From positions 4,836 through 68,835 of the IMG/VR virus record IMGVR_UViG_3300042484_001385: a stretch of DNA of 64,000 nucleotides; one strand, 5' to 3'. A program made the position numbers and the translations under genes. Of this stretch, positions 59,122-64,000 are shown piece after piece. The DNA is from a virus. Numbering within the stretch: position 1 is the first letter of the stretch; each line of letters begins with the position of its first letter. The notes beneath the pieces are model-generated. The model saw nothing but the letters and a program-made list of their open reading frames with translations. It had not been told where the DNA came from and did not search any database.

Positions 59122-59990
59122 CAGAATCTCTGGATGTAATTGAAATTTATCCAAAGATTTTTGTGTATAAAAATCTTTTTAAAGATATTAATAAAACATA
59201 TAATCTTTTAAAAGAATCTGAAGGTGAAGAAGACGGACTATTTAGCCCATGGTCCCAATGGTCTAGGTTTGGTGAATATATAAATCCAATATTTAGAACA
59301 TATAACGATAACCTAAAAATAGAACATGTAAAAAATGTAAAAACTTCAACAGAAAAACAAGAAGAGCACAAAAAAATTCTTTTAGAAATTTTAAATAATT
59401 TTTTAACAGCAACAAAAGACTACATTGAAAAAAATAATGTTGAGTTTAATGAAAATAAAATTATTCCAGACATCAAAGATCAAAATGGAAATCCAATCAA
59501 AGAGTGGGAATACACTGGGCCCTCTATAGCAAGATACAGAACAGACTTTGAGGATCCACTAGCAATGACATACCATACAGACTACATAAGAGAGCCAATA
59601 GTAACCCCAGGCCATAAGTTTGCAATTACTGCTTTGACATACTTTAATGACGATTATGAAGGTGGAGAAATTGATTTTATAGCAAATGGAGAAGCATACA
59701 TGTACAAACCAGAGGCTGGAGATGTTCTTGTTTTTCCATCAGGTCATCCAGAACTCCTGATGTCTGAAAATTCTATATACCTTCATGGGGTTATGCCTGC
59801 AATAAATAATTCAAAATATCTTTCAAGAATGTACTGGACAAAGTATTCTCCTGGAGATCCAGAGTGGTTTAAAAATGAAGAAAAATTTGGTAAGGAAAAA
59901 TGGCAGAAAATGCAAGAGCAAATTATGGAACAGTTTAGAAATGAAAATCCAAATAGAAATAATACTGATAAAGAAAGAAGGATAAAATGA
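59118..59990 (+). CDS. 2OG-Fe(II) oxygenase, P4H-like
   Basis: YHTD, YFNDDYEGGE and YLHGV; ATGA overlap. Confidence 0.88.
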   Translation: MTESLDVIEIYPKIFVYKNLFKDINKTYNLLKESEGEEDGLFSPWSQWSRFGEYINPIFRTYNDNLKIEHVKNVKTSTEKQEEHKKILLEILNNFLTATKDYIEKNNVEFNENKIIPDIKDQNGNPIKEWEYTGPSIARYRTDFEDPLAMTYHTDYIREPIVTPGHKFAITALTYFNDDYEGGEIDFIANGEAYMYKPEAGDVLVFPSGHPELLMSENSIYLHGVMPAINNSKYLSRMYWTKYSPGDPEWFKNEEKFGKEKWQKMQEQIMEQFRNENPNRNNTDKERRIK

Positions 59991-60733
59991 ACCTAGATAA
60001 TAAAAAAAGAATAACTAAAGACATAGTTGTTTATGAAAACTTTATTGATGCAGAAACTGCTGCTAAACTTGTAAAGGTTTTAGATAAGCATGCAGAACTT
60101 GGATTGATTACGTGGATGCCTATATCTTTCTATGAGTCTTACTCTTCAGTATTACCACAAGACAATGATGAGCATGTCGAAAACGAAGGGCTGCCAAGTG
60201 ATATATTTTCACAAATCAAACAAGGCATTATTGATGCCGTTGCAAGTGTTCACGACCTTGACCCAAAGGTAATTTCTCAAATTGGATACCACACACAAAA
60301 GTGGGAGCCAGGAGCATATGCAAGAAAGCATTCTGACAACACCGATGAGCATGGTCACTCTGGTGCTTTTACAAGAAGTAGATATGCAGCCTTTTTATAT
60401 CTGAACGATGATTTTGAAGGCGGTATGTTACAGTTCCCAGATCAAGATATAAGTCTTCAACCTAAAGTTGGAATGCTTGCTGCATTTGACGGGGGATTTA
60501 ACAATATGCACGAAGTAACTCTTATAACCAGTGGGGTTAGATATACTATTGGTTCATTCTGGGATGATCGTGAAGAGGATGCCTATCCTCAAGAATTAAG
60601 AGATGCATGGGCTGCAGAAATGAAAGAGACCAGAGCCAAGCAAGAAATTGAAAGAGCAGAGTGGCAAGAACTCTTAAAGCAAGGCTGGAAATTAGATGCT
60701 GATGGAAATAAATATAAGGCTGAGGATTTGTAA
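59987..60733 (+). CDS. 2OG-Fe(II) oxygenase, P4H-like
   Basis: KHSD, YLNDDFEGG, MHEV and GVRYT. Confidence 0.9.
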   Translation: MNLDNKKRITKDIVVYENFIDAETAAKLVKVLDKHAELGLITWMPISFYESYSSVLPQDNDEHVENEGLPSDIFSQIKQGIIDAVASVHDLDPKVISQIGYHTQKWEPGAYARKHSDNTDEHGHSGAFTRSRYAAFLYLNDDFEGGMLQFPDQDISLQPKVGMLAAFDGGFNNMHEVTLITSGVRYTIGSFWDDREEDAYPQELRDAWAAEMKETRAKQEIERAEWQELLKQGWKLDADGNKYKAEDL

Positions 60734-61396
60734 ATGGAAGCATTTTTAAAAAAAGAGTTTGATGACGCTGGCTACGATACTGAGGTTTTCCACGACCAGG
60801 TTTTGTTTGTAAAAGATTTTTTACAATCAGAAGAATTAAATACTATATTAGAAATAATTGAGACTACTCCAAACGAAGATTGGTCGATAGAGTATACAAA
60901 GAATCTTGCTAGATTCTGTATGGAAAAGTTTGGAAGAGATGATGTAGATAACCTTGTTGCCGAAGGAAAGTTTGAAATTACCCAGGGATGGGAAGACAAG
61001 AACCTAAATATTACAACTAAAGCAATAAGCACAACGCTTCAGGGTAGACTAGGCAAACTACTAGAACTGGCAGATCCATCCTTAGAACTTGCTGGATTTG
61101 GAACACTCCAAAGAATGCAGGCTGGGGTTGAGTTGAAGGCACATACAGACCAACACACAGATCCATCTATTAGATATGCTGCTATACTATACATTAATGA
61201 TGACTACAAGGATGGAACTTTGTTCTTTAAGAATAAAGAAAATTCAGACTTAAGGCCAAAACCAGGAACATTGCTTATTTTCCCAGGAAACGAGGAATAT
61301 GAGCATGGAGTAAGGTTTGTAGGAGAAGGGCCCATAAGATATGTTACCGTAGGATTTATGAAAGTAACAGGGTTTTATGAAAAAAATAAATACTAA
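60734..61396 (+). CDS. 2OG-Fe(II) oxygenase, P4H-like
   Basis: AHTD, YINDDYKDG, YEHGV and IRYV. Confidence 0.9.
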   Translation: MEAFLKKEFDDAGYDTEVFHDQVLFVKDFLQSEELNTILEIIETTPNEDWSIEYTKNLARFCMEKFGRDDVDNLVAEGKFEITQGWEDKNLNITTKAISTTLQGRLGKLLELADPSLELAGFGTLQRMQAGVELKAHTDQHTDPSIRYAAILYINDDYKDGTLFFKNKENSDLRPKPGTLLIFPGNEEYEHGVRFVGEGPIRYVTVGFMKVTGFYEKNKY

Positions 61397-61407
61397 GGAG
61401 ATACAAA

Positions 61408-62037
61408 ATGGACAGAGAAATACTTGAGGAAAAGGTTTACTATTACACCAATGTAATTGAAGACCCTAAGAAACTTGTCGATGCAATTGAAAATGACAAC
61501 AATGATGCATGGGGTGAATGGATGGCATGTAGTGGTCAGCACTATGTCTATGGAACAGATAAGACTATTGCCTTAACTTCAGATGCAAATGAAAAAGATA
61601 AGTATATTTATAACACTTTACAAAAAGCATTTGACGATGTGGCAAGAGATTACGCAAAGGCTCAGGGTATTACCGATGAACCAAAACTATTTCCTCAATA
61701 TCCTATCAAGAAGTATCAGGCAGGAACATTTATGGGTGCCCACTTTGATCAGCAAGAAGGAGATGAAAGACTTAAGGTTTCATTTGTTATGTATTTAAAT
61801 GATGACTATGAGGGTGGAGAAATATCTTTTACAATTTCTTCTCCAGAAGGAGTCCTAAAGGAACAAGGTGCAGACCCAGATTTTGAGATTGCCAAAATAA
61901 ATAAAAACTATACATTTGCTGTAAAGCCAAAAGCAGGAAGCATTATTGTATTTCCACCATCACCACCTTATCACCATACAGCCCACTTAGTAAAAAGTGG
62001 TGAAAAGATAATGGTTCCTCAACACTGGATTCACTAA
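61408..62037 (+). CDS. 2OG-Fe(II) oxygenase, P4H-like
   Basis: AHFD, YLNDDYEGGE, YHH and GEK. Confidence 0.9.
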   Translation: MDREILEEKVYYYTNVIEDPKKLVDAIENDNNDAWGEWMACSGQHYVYGTDKTIALTSDANEKDKYIYNTLQKAFDDVARDYAKAQGITDEPKLFPQYPIKKYQAGTFMGAHFDQQEGDERLKVSFVMYLNDDYEGGEISFTISSPEGVLKEQGADPDFEIAKINKNYTFAVKPKAGSIIVFPPSPPYHHTAHLVKSGEKIMVPQHWIH

Positions 62038-62039
62038 TA

Positions 62040-62702
62040 TTGAAAACAGCAATAGTAACAGGAGCCAGCAAGGGTGTTGGTTATTCAACAGTAAAACTTT
62101 TATCTGAAAATGGATATAGAGTAATTGCTGTTTCAAGAGATTTATCTAAAGTCTCTAATTTAGTTTCTGACAATGTTGAAGTTTATTCTATGGATATAAC
62201 TAATTCTTCTGAAATAAAAAAGTTTTATGAAAAATATAAGGATATCACTTTAGATCTACTAGTAAATAATGCAGGGGGAGGCTCTGGCCCAACCAGTATT
62301 ATAAATGAAACAATGGATAACTTTAGAAGAGCATACGACATAAATGTTTCTGGTCCAATGTATTTATCTCAACTATTTGTTCCTTGTATGAAAAAATCAG
62401 AGTCTGCCACTATTATATTTATTAGTTCTCTTGGTGGAAAGTTTCCTTACAGATCAGGAGGAAACTACACAAACGCAAAACGAGGAATGATGGCACTTGT
62501 TGACACAATGAGGCTAGAGTTTCCAGAATATGGAATTAAAGTTACTGAGATTTGTCCAGGAACAATTGATACACAAGAAGAAAAAAGAGACATTGCTATA
62601 ACTGCTGAGGACATGGCTGAGTCTATAAGATGGGTAGCAAGTCTACCTAAACATGTTAACATAAACCATATAGAGATAAATCATATACTTAGTGGTAAAT
62701 AA
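62040..62702 (+). CDS. Short-chain dehydrogenase/reductase (YdfG-like)
   Basis: TGASKGVG, LVNNAG, YTNAK and ICPG. Confidence 0.9.
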   Translation: MKTAIVTGASKGVGYSTVKLLSENGYRVIAVSRDLSKVSNLVSDNVEVYSMDITNSSEIKKFYEKYKDITLDLLVNNAGGGSGPTSIINETMDNFRRAYDINVSGPMYLSQLFVPCMKKSESATIIFISSLGGKFPYRSGGNYTNAKRGMMALVDTMRLEFPEYGIKVTEICPGTIDTQEEKRDIAITAEDMAESIRWVASLPKHVNINHIEINHILSGK

Positions 62703-62801
62703 TTTTTAACTCTCAACCTCTTATTTAGGGGAGAGTTTTGCTTTTTTGAAAACTCTGCTATACTTAGGTCTTAATCCGTTTTTGAAAGGACGATACATAT
62801 T

Positions 62802-64000
62802 ATGTCAGATTTCTTTAGTTTTAAACTTCCAGAGGACTTCGTAGAAAAGTACAAGAGCCAAGAAAGCCCATTCGGGTTTAAGGATGCAGCAGAAAATTCA
62901 CTTGGAGAGATTACTTTTATTCGTACATATTCTCGCATGAAGGAAGATGGAACTAAGGAAAGATGGCATGAGGTTTGTCGTCGTGTAATCGAGGGTATGT
63001 ATTCAGTTCAAAAGAATCATGCTAAAGAAAACCGTTTGCCATGGAATGACTATAAGGCTCAGAAGTCTGCACAAGAAGCATTCCAAAGAATGTTTGAATT
63101 GAAGTGGACTCCACCAGGTCGTGGTATGTGGGCATTTGGAACTCCTATGACTATGGAGAAGAAGAACTCAGCAGCACTACAAAACTGTGCAATGGTTTCA
63201 ACAAAGGATCTTGATAAGAATGATCCAGGAGCATTATTTGCTTGGGTCATGGATGCCTTGATGCTTGGTATTGGTGTAGGGTTTGATACAGTGGGACAGG
63301 ATAAGAATTTCTCAATCTATACCCCAACAGAACCAGAACAGGTGTTCGAAATTCCAGACACTCGTGAAGGATGGGTAGAGTCAGTACGCCTTCTTATCAA
63401 CTCTTACTTGAGAGCAAACCAGAGTATCCAGAAGTTTAACTATGATTTGATCAGACCTCTTGGAGCCCCTATTAAGGGCTTTGGAGGCGTTGCATCAGGG
63501 CCTGCACCTCTTATCAAGTTGCACGACCAGATAGACCGTGTAATCGGCTCTAGAGGCGGAGAAACACTAGACTCTCGTGCCATTGTAGACTTGGTAAACC
63601 TTATTGGTACCTGCGTGGTATCAGGGAACGTAAGACGCTCAGCAACACTTGCTTTGGGTAATGCAGGGGATGAAACATTTATGAACTTAAAGAACTCAGA
63701 GATGTTCCCAGAGCGTAACTCATTTGATCCAGAGAATCCAGGTTGGGCTTGGATGTCCAATAATTCTATTTCAGCAGAAGTAGGAACAAAGTACCAAGAC
63801 TATGTAGATTTAATTACAGAAAACGGAGAACCAGGTTTTATCTGGCTTGATGTTGCTCGTAATTATGGACGACTAAAGGATGCGCCAGACGGTAAGGATT
63901 ATCGTGTGATGGGATTCAACCCATGTGCGGAGCAGCCATTGGAATCATACGAATTATGTACACTTGTAGAAGTGCACTTGAATCGTCATGAATCTAAGGA
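62802..64000 (+). CDS. nrdJ: Class II (adenosylcobalamin-dependent) ribonucleoside-triphosphate reductase, 3'-truncated
   Basis: Translated by hand: RTYSR, WTPPGRG, ALQNC, GIGVGFD, GGVASGP, GNVRRSA and NPCAEQPL. Confidence 0.9.
   Translation, partial: MSDFFSFKLPEDFVEKYKSQESPFGFKDAAENSLGEITFIRTYSRMKEDGTKERWHEVCRRVIEGMYSVQKNHAKENRLPWNDYKAQKSAQEAFQRMFELKWTPPGRGMWAFGTPMTMEKKNSAALQNCAMVSTKDLDKNDPGALFAWVMDALMLGIGVGFDTVGQDKNFSIYTPTEPEQVFEIPDTREGWVESVRLLINSYLRANQSIQKFNYDLIRPLGAPIKGFGGVASGPAPLIKLHDQIDRVIGSRGGETLDSRAIVDLVNLIGTCVVSGNVRRSATLALGNAGDETFMNLKNSEMFPERNSFDPENPGWAWMSNNSISAEVGTKYQDYVDLITENGEPGFIWLDVARNYGRLKDAPDGKDYRVMGFNPCAEQPLESYELCTLVEVHLNRHESK

Overview
This window is a 64 kb segment of a large, AT-rich tailed dsDNA phage. 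WhiB, an FmdB-type Zn ribbon, a CHAP endolysin, a lytic transglycosylase and many leaderless promoters point to a low-GC freshwater actinobacterial host, which is an inference. Layout: (1) 1-15.9 kb, + strand: end of the terminase large subunit, secreted/surface proteins, two proteases, endolysin, SNase, WhiB, two luciferase-like proteins, Hsp20, HNH, tRNA-Asn and two candidate ncRNAs. (2) 15.9-23 kb, mostly - strand: carbamoyltransferase, three tRNAs (one Ile-UAU), HAD phosphatase, nucleases and a GT32. (3) 23.1-24 kb: DnaA-box/iteron-like region. (4) 24-37.2 kb, - strand: many short genes whose spacers repeat one regulatory cassette, with 11 TGTCAG-N10-TAnnnT promoters matching the actinobacterial PafBC/RecA-NDp motif, perfect CRP/GlxR palindromes, DnaA boxes, GACAC boxes and CCTAGG. 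A covarying ~27-nt RNA pseudoknot follows five stop codons here and occurs twice elsewhere. (5) 39.7-62.7 kb, + strand: baseplate/tail-fibre genes with a duplicated module [Pro/Thr- or Pro/Phe-repeat protein with Cys-rich tail, paralogous partner, Cys-rich domain, modifying enzymes]. One copy carries glycosyltransferases; the other carries seven prolyl-hydroxylase-like 2OG-Fe(II) oxygenases. (6) Start of a class II ribonucleotide reductase. All family calls come from motif recognition by eye; no searches were run.
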